Part shown: piece after piece, positions 7,842 through 15,498 of the stretch | How the letters are laid out: every line of letters starts with the position of its first letter | Position numbering within the stretch: the first letter of the stretch is position 1 | NCBI GenBank assembly: GCA_040235515.1 | Contig: JBECKX010000149.1 | Location: 1-27,639, forward strand | Source of the DNA: Candidatus Zixiibacteriota bacterium | GTDB lineage: Bacteria > Zixibacteria > MSB-5A5 > CAIYYT01 | Length of the DNA stretch: 27,639 bases | Direction of reading: 5' to 3' | Notes under the pieces: generated by a model | Seen by the model: only the letters and a program-made list of their open reading frames with translations | Database searches by the model: none | Told to the model about the DNA's origin: nothing | Translations under genes and position numbers: made by a program

Positions 7842-9959
7842 AATCGCCACTGCATCACCGATCGATACCGTGCCGCTGTTGTCAGCGTCACCGTTGCACG
7901 GGGCTGGACCGCCACCGAATATGTAGTTGATGATAAACACCGCATCACCGATCGAGACAAAACCATCACCGTTGGCATCACCACACGAGCAGGTCGGACC
8001 GATGTCGAGTTTGACCACGCGCAATCCGACGTAAGGACTTTGAGAAGGTGTCGTCGCGGTTCCGCTGAAAAATCCCACGTTCGACTCCGGTGGATCGGGA
8101 AAATCGCTGTGTGATCCGATCAGCGGCGCAAGGATGAATCCGCCGCTCATGAACTGATCCTCTGTCCACTCCGCCACATTGCCACCCTGATCGTAGGTGC
8201 CGTAATGGCTGACCGAAAGCGGTCCGGCGCCACCGACTGTCGTCAGGTTACCCGTAACACCATTCCAGATCGCGCCATCACCGTAATTGACCACGTTCGC
8301 ACCCGGATTGCCGACATCCCCGCTCGCGGTTGCAGTCGCCTTGGTCGGCGGCGAGGCATCACTGCTTGTGGGCAACAACCAGTAATCGGGGGTGCCGTTA
8401 CCATCGGCCGCCGGGTCGAGCGGATCGTAAAATGCCGCCTTGTAAAGCTCATCCACAGTCGCCACCGCCCACTTCGCCCCCGGCTTGCGCGCATAAATGC
8501 CTCCTACCGGGCTGGTCATGTCATAGGCGCCATCCTCGGTTGTCGTCGAATCCTGATCGCCGACCGGCATGCCGTTATGAAGCCAGTTGCAGAAACGCAT
8601 CGCGTCATGCAGCGTGATGAAGTTCACCGGCTTGTTTGCCATATCTGGTTTGGTGGTGTATGTCTTGTTCGGACACCCCCCGGTAAGAATAATCCCACCC
8701 ATCGGATCGACCGCCTGGCTCGGATCAAACAACTGGTTGATGTCACAACTGCCGACAGCATTCAGGCACGCCACCCATTGCTCGTTGGTGATTTCATACT
8801 TGCTGATCTCGTAATCATAGCCCACGCTGCCATATCCATTAACATCCGCCGCGTTGTTGGCATCTCCCACCGGGACTGTCTCGATGAATACGATATCATT
8901 GTCGATATTTGTCAGGCTCGACTGCCCGATCTCCCCGTCATAACAAGCATCATTGGAACTCGCGGTACCGCGCACGTGATAGAGGCTGTCGCCATCCTGC
9001 ACGGCATCATCCTGTCCCACCACCCAGAAGTATTGCGGTATCGGCGCTGTCGCCTGCGTGAAAATCAGTTGTGTTACACTAGCAAGCCCCTCGCCGGGAG
9101 CCGTTGTGATGATATCCACGAACACGGTGTCAGTGGGTACAGCCGTGATCATGCACTCGATCTCTACCGAGTCACCGTCCTCCGAAGTCAGATTTCCACC
9201 TGTCGGTACGACATTGACATAGCAGGGCGCGCAGTTGAGCAGGTGAAGTGGCCGCAGCACGGGAACCCTGTTGAGATAGGGAGCCGCCGCGATATTCTGG
9301 TAGTCCTCCCAGGTTTCCGACGAGTCAAATGCCTCGTGCACGGCAACGATCCCCTCGCCGAGCACACCGGGCGTCACCTGTACACGGGTACCCATGCAGG
9401 GGTTCGGGGCGCTCGGGAAGTACAATTCCAGCCATACCGAGGAATAGGGGGTGGTATCGTAAGTCGTATCAAGCTCAACCACCACGAAGTCAGTGGCGGT
9501 GATGGCTCCCGGCAGGGTGACAGCCACGGCATCCAGGAGAATCCCGGGCCGCAGGTCCCCGAACGCCAGGTTATCGTTCGCATAGACACGCAACTCTGCA
9601 GTCGAGTCAGCCGGTGTTGGGCGTTGCGCCTGCAGGGCGACATAATTTAGCTGCATCCCGAGCGCTACGTAACGAGCGCAATGGCTGACTCCAAATCCAT
9701 GATCCGTAGCACCCGCAATCTCAAGCGGCGCCGCCGAATTCGGATCATCAAGGCGATACCCGTAGTCAACGCAACGATTCGCCGGCAAACTTAGCCCGCT
9801 CAAACAGGTCGGTTGACCACCGCCACCGCACTGTACCGCGGTCGCAAACGTCTCCCCGCTCAAGACCGCTATCAATGAAATCGCCAGACAAGCAGGGAAC
9901 CAGAGTGCCGAAACGTGACCACGCTTCAGCAAGCTGCTCCTTCGTCTCGAAATACTCAT
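7797..9959 (-). CDS. Secreted multidomain protein: Calx-beta-like + SUMF1/FGE-sulfatase (C-type lectin fold) domain + duplicated dockerin-like repeat
   Basis: Signal peptide. Calx-beta-like segment TSEDG...VVGQDDAVQDGD...NIDND. FGE-type motifs ISKYEITNEQW, PVNFITLHDAMRFCNWL and YGTYDQGGNVAEW. Two dockerin-like repeats (GDANGDGFVSIGDAV and GDADNSGTVSIGDAV). Confidence 0.85.
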   Translation of the reverse strand: MSISRRRSSLLKRGHVSALWFPACLAISLIAVLSGETFATAVQCGGGGQPTCLSGLSLPANRCVDYGYRLDDPNSAAPLEIAGATDHGFGVSHCARYVALGMQLNYVALQAQRPTPADSTAELRVYANDNLAFGDLRPGILLDAVAVTLPGAITATDFVVVELDTTYDTTPYSSVWLELYFPSAPNPCMGTRVQVTPGVLGEGIVAVHEAFDSSETWEDYQNIAAAPYLNRVPVLRPLHLLNCAPCYVNVVPTGGNLTSEDGDSVEIECMITAVPTDTVFVDIITTAPGEGLASVTQLIFTQATAPIPQYFWVVGQDDAVQDGDSLYHVRGTASSNDACYDGEIGQSSLTNIDNDIVFIETVPVGDANNAADVNGYGSVGYDYEISKYEITNEQWVACLNAVGSCDINQLFDPSQAVDPMGGIILTGGCPNKTYTTKPDMANKPVNFITLHDAMRFCNWLHNGMPVGDQDSTTTEDGAYDMTSPVGGIYARKPGAKWAVATVDELYKAAFYDPLDPAADGNGTPDYWLLPTSSDASPPTKATATASGDVGNPGANVVNYGDGAIWNGVTGNLTTVGGAGPLSVSHYGTYDQGGNVAEWTEDQFMSGGFILAPLIGSHSDFPDPPESNVGFFSGTATTPSQSPYVGLRVVKLDIGPTCSCGDANGDGFVSIGDAVFIINYIFGGGPAPCNGDADNSGTVSIGDAVAIINFIFAGGPAPSCP

Positions 9960-10184
9960 GGCCTTACCTTCCTGTAATTGTCAGTAGTTTTTTGGCTCTT
10001 GCGAGTATGGTTTTTCTGATTTTGCTATTCGAGGTGTTCCTTTAACGGTATTCTAATAATAGACCAGATTACTCAATTAGTCAATCGAAAATCTCTATCA
10101 GAACGACCCATTATGACTTGAATATCGGCTCAACCTGCCGCCCCCGCTTTCGCTCCCATCGAACCGGCAAAGCAGAGGTAGCGT

Positions 10185-10213
10185 TTGACTTTCTGTATTG
10201 AGCGATATAGATT
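10185..10213 (+). promoter_or_regulatory. Sigma70-type promoter of the tRNA gene
   Basis: TTGACT (10185-10190), 17 nt spacer, TAGATT (10208-10213), 11 nt upstream of the tRNA. Confidence 0.6.
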
Positions 10214-10224
10214 TAGCCCGCTGT

Positions 10225-10296
10225 GCCCCCATGGTGTAACGGATAACGCGTCGGCCTCCGGAGCCGGAAATCCAGGTTCGATTCCTGGTGGGGGTA
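10225..10296 (+). tRNA. tRNA-Arg (anticodon CCG)
   Basis: Acceptor stem GCCCCCA/TGGGGGT, D-arm with GG, anticodon arm TCGGC-CTCCGGA-GCCGG, T-arm CCAGG-TTCGATT-CCTGG, discriminator A. CCA is not encoded. Confidence 0.95.
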
Positions 10297-10417
10297 CTTT
10301 TACATTAGTGATGCCTGTCCGTGCCCTCACACGTCAACTAATCCCCGTTTTCCTTGACAAAATCGACAATGAAGGTATGTTTCGGCGGAGGGGTGCCATT
10401 GTGGACTGGAGGCTTAG

Positions 10418-11548
10418 TTGACACCACGCTGCAGCTTCACGACTTCTATCGCATTGACTCGTGAATGCCTCAATCTATGCGCCGCAATCTGCCTCCTTAT
10501 CCTGACCATTTGTCCCACGGCTTCAGCTTTCCATGAAGGGGGAACCGCCTCCTGCCAGGCATGCCACACGATGAAAAACAGCCAGGACGGCACACCGGTC
10601 GATCCGGGAAATCCATCCGGCAACGAGTGGCTGCTCAATGGTGAGACTGCCAGCGATGTCTGTCTCTCCTGTCACTCAGATAAGTTCGGCGCAGTCCTCG
10701 GTGGTGACCCAACCAATCCGCCGCCGGAGAAGGGTGCCGGGAATTTCGTATTCCTCTTTGAAGATAATATCAATGATGCTCCGGATGGCATGACCAACCA
10801 GCTGGCGGGGCATGCCGCTGGCCACAGCATCGTCGCACCCGCCTACGGCCTCTTCCCCGATCCGGAGTGGAGTACCGCACCCGGTGGAGATTATCCAGCC
10901 GCCGACCTCGGCTGCACCAGTTGTCACGATCCACACGGCAACGGCAACTTCCGCATGCTCTATGGCGCAGGACCGATCCAGGAGGGGAGCTTCACCTTTC
11001 TTTACCCGGCTCCGACCGCCGCAGGTATCGATCTGCTGACCGGAGTCGAGTCGCAAACGAGTCATTCCGCTTATCATAATGGAATGTCACAGTGGTGTTC
11101 CAACTGTCATGGGGAGTATCACGACGCCATCTCGCTCGGCAGCTTCGAGCATCGCTTCAACCATCCTCTCTCCGCACGCTATGCCGGTGAATACAACAGC
11201 TATAACGGCACGGCAGACCCGGATGGAGGGGCTCAGGCCACCGCATACCTGCCGCAGGTTCCCTTCGAAGAACCGACCATGCAGACCTCCTCGACATCGG
11301 GACCGTTTCCCTCAAGCCGCACCAACTGTCTTACCTGTCACCGTGCGCACGCCTCCTCAGCTCCGCGCGCAACTCGCTGGGATACGAGAGTGACCACGCT
11401 CGGCCAGGATGGCGTTGTGTCCGGCTCCTATGCGCTCCCCAATCCCTACGCCGACCCCGCACAGGAACAGCTCTGCCGCAAGTGCCATGAAACCGATCCC
11501 AACGACCAGGGTCCGGTGGCCGCTCCGCTCACATCGCCATCAGATTAA
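10418..11548 (+). CDS. OmcS-like secreted hexaheme c-type cytochrome
   Basis: GGAGG RBS and TTG start. Signal peptide ending ASA-FHEGG. Six CxxCH motifs (CQACH, CLSCH, CTSCH, CSNCH, CLTCH, CRKCH). OmcS-like contexts FHxGG..CxxCHTM, SCHDPHG, GMSQWCSNCH, VPFE and CLTCHRAHAS. Confidence 0.88.
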   Translation: MTPRCSFTTSIALTRECLNLCAAICLLILTICPTASAFHEGGTASCQACHTMKNSQDGTPVDPGNPSGNEWLLNGETASDVCLSCHSDKFGAVLGGDPTNPPPEKGAGNFVFLFEDNINDAPDGMTNQLAGHAAGHSIVAPAYGLFPDPEWSTAPGGDYPAADLGCTSCHDPHGNGNFRMLYGAGPIQEGSFTFLYPAPTAAGIDLLTGVESQTSHSAYHNGMSQWCSNCHGEYHDAISLGSFEHRFNHPLSARYAGEYNSYNGTADPDGGAQATAYLPQVPFEEPTMQTSSTSGPFPSSRTNCLTCHRAHASSAPRATRWDTRVTTLGQDGVVSGSYALPNPYADPAQEQLCRKCHETDPNDQGPVAAPLTSPSD

Positions 11549-11574
11549 CATCTCCGAACCCCACCCACAGCACG

Positions 11575-11889
11575 TTAACGAAAATCCTCCCGCACCGGCT
11601 GGAACACATCGATGACATAACAGTCAGTCACAGCGCGCGCCGCGTGCGGAACATTCGACTCCAGCACGAAGTAGGAACCGGCACTCAGTCGGTGCGTCAC
11701 CCCCGCCACCTCCAGATCCATCGTGCCCGAGATCACGTTCACGATTTGCTCGTGTGGATGCGTGTGCTCAGGCACCGTCGCGTCCTTCTCCAGGGTGACG
11801 TGCGAGACTGTCATCGACTCGGAATTGATCGCACGAGCAGTGATGCCCTCGGCGAGTGTTAACATCTTCAGTTCGTTTATCGTAGCCAT
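11575..11889 (-). CDS. Cupin domain protein (Cupin_2-like)
   Basis: AGGAG RBS before ATG 11889. Metal-binding motifs PEHTHPHEQ and NVPH. C-terminal DVFQPVREDF. Confidence 0.9.
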   Translation of the reverse strand: MATINELKMLTLAEGITARAINSESMTVSHVTLEKDATVPEHTHPHEQIVNVISGTMDLEVAGVTHRLSAGSYFVLESNVPHAARAVTDCYVIDVFQPVREDFR

Positions 11890-12024
11890 AGTGCTCCTGA
11901 CTTGGAGGGCCATCTGACAGCTCTCCGGCTTAGCCCTGACGACTTTACCCTTGTAATTGAGTCCATCTCTACCGAGATTAGAATCGGGGATACCTGGATG
12001 CAAGTCAATTGGGGAGTGATGCCA

Positions 12025-12612
12025 ATGGCACATAAGTTGTGGAAAAAGGAATATCATGCGCTTCTGAACACACTGCAGCAGCAGTGGAATGCGGAGATAA
12101 GCACGCCGAAGCTGCCTGATCGGAATGTTCCCCGTGCAGTCGCATCCAGCTACTTCTTCTATCCGCGACTTCTCGCGGATATGGATACACGCAGAATCGT
12201 ACTCTCACTTAACGAAGTCCCGGCCGGCAAAGAGGTCCCGGAAACAGGCGAAGAAGACGAGTATCTGCATTTCACGGTCGTCGGGGAATTCCCGGCTACC
12301 TTCATCGTCACACACGAGAACTTCCTCTCCCGGCTTAAGAAGTTTCTTCGGATCGATCATGAATTTCAAACCGGCAATCGGCAATTCGACGACGACTACT
12401 ACTTGATCGCTTACTCCGATGCGGCTAAGGCGAAGCTGCGGGAGCCGTCGCTGCAGGGTGCGATTCGCAGTCTCGAACCCTTCGTTGCAATCGAGTTAAG
12501 GGAGAAGACAATCGAATTGTCGCGCGGTGTTGCAACTGCTAGTGACCTGCAACCGGAACCGCTCGAACAGACCTTCAAGAACCTGATCGCAATCGCAGAG
12601 CTGCTCAGCTAG
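12025..12612 (+). CDS. Hypothetical protein
   Basis: Long ORF with GGGGAG 8 nt before ATG 12025. No confident family assignment. Confidence 0.65.
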   Translation: MAHKLWKKEYHALLNTLQQQWNAEISTPKLPDRNVPRAVASSYFFYPRLLADMDTRRIVLSLNEVPAGKEVPETGEEDEYLHFTVVGEFPATFIVTHENFLSRLKKFLRIDHEFQTGNRQFDDDYYLIAYSDAAKAKLREPSLQGAIRSLEPFVAIELREKTIELSRGVATASDLQPEPLEQTFKNLIAIAELLS

Positions 12613-12629
12613 GGCATTTCAAATCCTGG

Positions 12630-13016
12630 CTACTTCGTTCCCAGACAAGCCAGCACAAACTGTCGCGATTTCGCCTCCGTCCAGGAGTGGGTCTTGCTCA
12701 GCGCGAATTCATTCGGGTTGAACTGCGCGGAATTGCTGGAACCTTGCTGCAGCGGGCCCTTCCACTTGATCGGGTACGCATTGACTCGCTTCGACACCGC
12801 CCTCACAGGTGTTCCCGACTCATTGAATAACGTGAACTTCTCCGTAATCCTCTTCAGCAGCGTCTTGCCTTCACTGATCCCTGAAAGCTTCATCACTCCG
12901 CGCGCAGCCGTGTTGATGCCAGCCTGGCCGCCGGATGCGACAGCTATGATTCTGGCGAGTGCCTCTCGCGGCGAAACCGTGGTCTTGATATGCAATTCTT
13001 GAATTTCAACTGGCAT
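12630..13016 (-). CDS. Small mosaic protein carrying contractile-injection-system-like peptide motifs (DUF5908-like N-terminus, Afp7-like and gp19-like motifs)
   Basis: AAGGA RBS. Motifs MPVEIQELHIKTTV, ITEKFTLFNESGTPVRA, NAYPIKWKGP and QFNPNEFALSKTHSW. Confidence 0.75.
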   Translation of the reverse strand: MPVEIQELHIKTTVSPREALARIIAVASGGQAGINTAARGVMKLSGISEGKTLLKRITEKFTLFNESGTPVRAVSKRVNAYPIKWKGPLQQGSSNSAQFNPNEFALSKTHSWTEAKSRQFVLACLGTK

Positions 13017-13050
13017 TCTTGATTCCTTTCAAATCTCCTGAATTCGCGAT

Positions 13051-13416
13051 TTATCGTTTGCTGCTGCCACTGCCGTATCGATAAGACTCAGCCACCTTCT
13101 GCGCCTGACTGCTCGGCATGCGCTTGCCGGTCATGCCGTCACCAAACTGAATCGTCGAGTTGCCGGCCTTGGACCTGCTGAGCTTGTAGCTGCCTCCCGG
13201 CTTCGACTTCGCAGGACCCGCATTCAGCTGGCTGAGCTGATATGCCGCCTTCAGCGCCTTCATCCCTTGCGGGGTCGTCGACAAATCCTGGATCATTCTG
13301 ACTGCCTGAGTGAATCCGGCAGGGCCGGAATTGACTAACTTCGTCAGCAGATTGTTCAGATAGCCGACGTCGGGCCCCTGAATCTTGTTCGGCCACGCGG
13401 TGTGAATAGGTGCCAT
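13051..13416 (-). CDS. Small mosaic protein carrying gp19 tube-like and baseplate J/Afp11-like peptide motifs
   Basis: Strong AGGAGGT RBS. Motifs AWPNKIQGPD and IQFGDGMTGKRMPS...YRYGSG. Confidence 0.75.
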   Translation of the reverse strand: MAPIHTAWPNKIQGPDVGYLNNLLTKLVNSGPAGFTQAVRMIQDLSTTPQGMKALKAAYQLSQLNAGPAKSKPGGSYKLSRSKAGNSTIQFGDGMTGKRMPSSQAQKVAESYRYGSGSSKR

Positions 13417-13678
13417 TTTACCTCCTCTGCGAATTTCTGTTTACAGTTATTGTCGTGCGTGGTTGCGATTAGTTCGGTGAGTGACGGAACTATTATCGAC
13501 ATTGTTGCTCTAAATAGGAAATAAAATGGCACGATCGTCGCGCGCCGCGTGCTTCCGCTGCGGCGGAGATTCCTATTGACTATGCCCCTGAACTCTATAA
13601 CTTCCTTCAATTCTGAGACTTTCCGCGAATCGGGCTCTCCGGCGATTCGCAGTTCAATATGACCGAAAGGCTTCAAAT

Positions 13679-15400
13679 ATGCTCTGGACGAAGACATACA
13701 TCCCGACCCTGCGCGAGGACCCGGCTGACGCCGTCCTGATCTCGCACAAGCTCCTGCTCCGTGGCGGCTTCATCCGTAAACTGGCGGCCGGCGTCTACAA
13801 CTACCTGCCGTTGATGCAGCGCACGCTCAACAAGACTATCAATATCGTTCGCCAGGAAATGGATCGCTCCGGCGCAATCGAGATCACCATGCCCGTTCTG
13901 CATCCCGCCGAATTGTGGCAGGAATCGGGTCGCTGGGATGTCATGGGTAAGGAGCAGATGCGGATGCAGGACCGCCACAAAAACTGGATGGTGCTCGGTG
14001 GGACTCACGAGGAAGTCGTCACCAATATCATTCGTGGCGAATTGCGCAGCTACCGGCAGCTTCCGCTCAACCTCTACCAGATCCAGGTCAAATTCCGCGA
14101 CGAAATCAGACCACGCTTCGGATTGATGCGTGGACGCGAGTTCCTGATGAAGGATGCCTATACCTTCGATACCGATCCCGAAACGCACAAAGTCGCCTAC
14201 CAGAAGATGGTTGATGCCTACTTCGCTACCTTCCAGCGCTGTGGCCTCGAAGTGCGCAAGGTGGAATCTGACACCGGCGCGATGGGCGGCACGATGGCGC
14301 ACGAGTTCATGGTGATCGTCACCACCGATGGTGGCGAGGAAGTGATCTTCTTCTGCGAGAACTGTGACTACGCCGCAAATATCGAAAAGGCTGATTCGAT
14401 CAGTACCAGCAAGGTCGAAACCGAGTCGCCCAAATTGCTGGAGAAAGTCCCGACCCCGGGCGCTGCCACTGTCGAGGAAGTCACCGCATTCCTCAAACTC
14501 CCGGCGCAACGCCTCGTAAAAACCTTGCTCTATGTCGCGGATGGCGACCCGGTTGCGGCACTGATTCGTGGCGATCGGCAGATCAATGAAATCAAGCTGA
14601 AGAACCACCTGAAGTGCAACGAACTTGAGATGGCCGATGCCGCGACTGTTGAGCGACTCACCAATGCCCCCGTTGGCTTCGCCGGCCCGATCGGACTCAA
14701 GGGCGTTAGGATCATCGCCGACCCCGAGGTCGGCGAGCTGACCAACGTCGTCGTCGGCGCCAACGAAAACGAGACGCACTACATCAACGCCAATATCGGT
14801 CGCGACTTCGAGATCAAAGAAACCGCACCGATTCGTTCAGCCGCCGAGGGCGAAATCTGCCCGAACTGCCGGAAGGGCCATTTGAAGGCACAGAAGGGCA
14901 TCGAAGTCGGCAACACCTTCAATCTCGGCTACAAATACTCCAAAGCTCTGGGCGCAACCTACAGCGATGACGAGGGCAACGAACACCACATCTACATGGG
15001 ATCCTACGGTATCGGCGTTACCCGTACGATCCAGGCAGCCGTCGAGAAGTACAATGATGACAAAGGGATCATCTGGCCGGCCCCGATCGCGCCATACAAT
15101 GTCGAAATCGTTCCGCTCTCATCGCAGGATGATGAGGTCAATAAGGCGGCGTTCGATCTCTATGAGAAGCTGAATAGGGCGGGTGTTGAAGTGCTCATGG
15201 ATGACCGGGACGAACGTGCCGGCGTCAAATTCAACGACGCCGATCTGATCGGAATCCCGCTTCGTGTCAACATCGGCAGTAAGTCGCTCAAGAATGGTGA
15301 GATCGAATTGAAGGAGCGTGCCAAATCCGAAATCGAGATGGCCTCCGTCGACTCCGCCGCAGAAACAATCAAAAAAGTCATCGACCGCCAGCTAGGGTAG
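13679..15400 (+). CDS. proS: Proline--tRNA ligase (bacterial type with insertion editing domain)
   Basis: Motifs SHKLLLRGGFIR, THEE, KFRDEIRPRFGLMRGREFLMKDAY, GIEVG, MGSYGIG and GVKFNDADLIGIP. 573 aa. Confidence 0.98.
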   Translation: MLWTKTYIPTLREDPADAVLISHKLLLRGGFIRKLAAGVYNYLPLMQRTLNKTINIVRQEMDRSGAIEITMPVLHPAELWQESGRWDVMGKEQMRMQDRHKNWMVLGGTHEEVVTNIIRGELRSYRQLPLNLYQIQVKFRDEIRPRFGLMRGREFLMKDAYTFDTDPETHKVAYQKMVDAYFATFQRCGLEVRKVESDTGAMGGTMAHEFMVIVTTDGGEEVIFFCENCDYAANIEKADSISTSKVETESPKLLEKVPTPGAATVEEVTAFLKLPAQRLVKTLLYVADGDPVAALIRGDRQINEIKLKNHLKCNELEMADAATVERLTNAPVGFAGPIGLKGVRIIADPEVGELTNVVVGANENETHYINANIGRDFEIKETAPIRSAAEGEICPNCRKGHLKAQKGIEVGNTFNLGYKYSKALGATYSDDEGNEHHIYMGSYGIGVTRTIQAAVEKYNDDKGIIWPAPIAPYNVEIVPLSSQDDEVNKAAFDLYEKLNRAGVEVLMDDRDERAGVKFNDADLIGIPLRVNIGSKSLKNGEIELKERAKSEIEMASVDSAAETIKKVIDRQLG

Positions 15401-15490
15401 GGGCGAGTGGTATTCGCCCAGCCACTCAAGTAGGTCAAGCCCTCTTGGGGCTTGACAGGGCCACGGGCTTGACAGGGCCACGGGCTTGAC
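15397..15490. repeat. REP-like GTAG-hairpin cluster plus a 17-bp tandem repeat between convergent genes
   Basis: GTAG-GGGCGA-N7-TCGCCC (15397-15419). GTAG-GTCAAGCCC-N5-GGGCTTGAC (15430-15456). GGGCTTGACAGGGCCAC about 2.5 times (15448-15490). Confidence 0.7.
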
Positions 15491-15498
15491 CGAGCCAC

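Noticed and set aside
8205..9650. 481-aa plus-strand ORF
   Set aside because: Antisense shadow of the well-supported FGE/dockerin gene. No motifs.
7797..9959. Complete diversity-generating retroelement
   Set aside because: No reverse transcriptase or template repeat is visible in the window. The 45-bp repeat covers the dockerin tag, not the lectin variable region, and its two mismatches do not show a clear adenine-specific pattern.
10225..10296. tRNA as an integration site of a prophage or island
   Set aside because: No integrase, and no duplicated tRNA 3' end was noticed in the window.
12630..13416. Intact eCIS/prophage tail operon, or a simple pseudogene remnant of one
   Set aside because: No sheath, spike or full-length tube or baseplate genes are present. 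The ORFs are intact with RBSs, share a scaffold and have scrambled motif order.
13673..14779. 368-aa minus-strand ORF
   Set aside because: Antisense shadow of proS.
15448..15490. CRISPR array (also considered for 23486-23524 and 26575-26613)
   Set aside because: Units are 13-17 bp and directly tandem without unique spacers. No cas genes.
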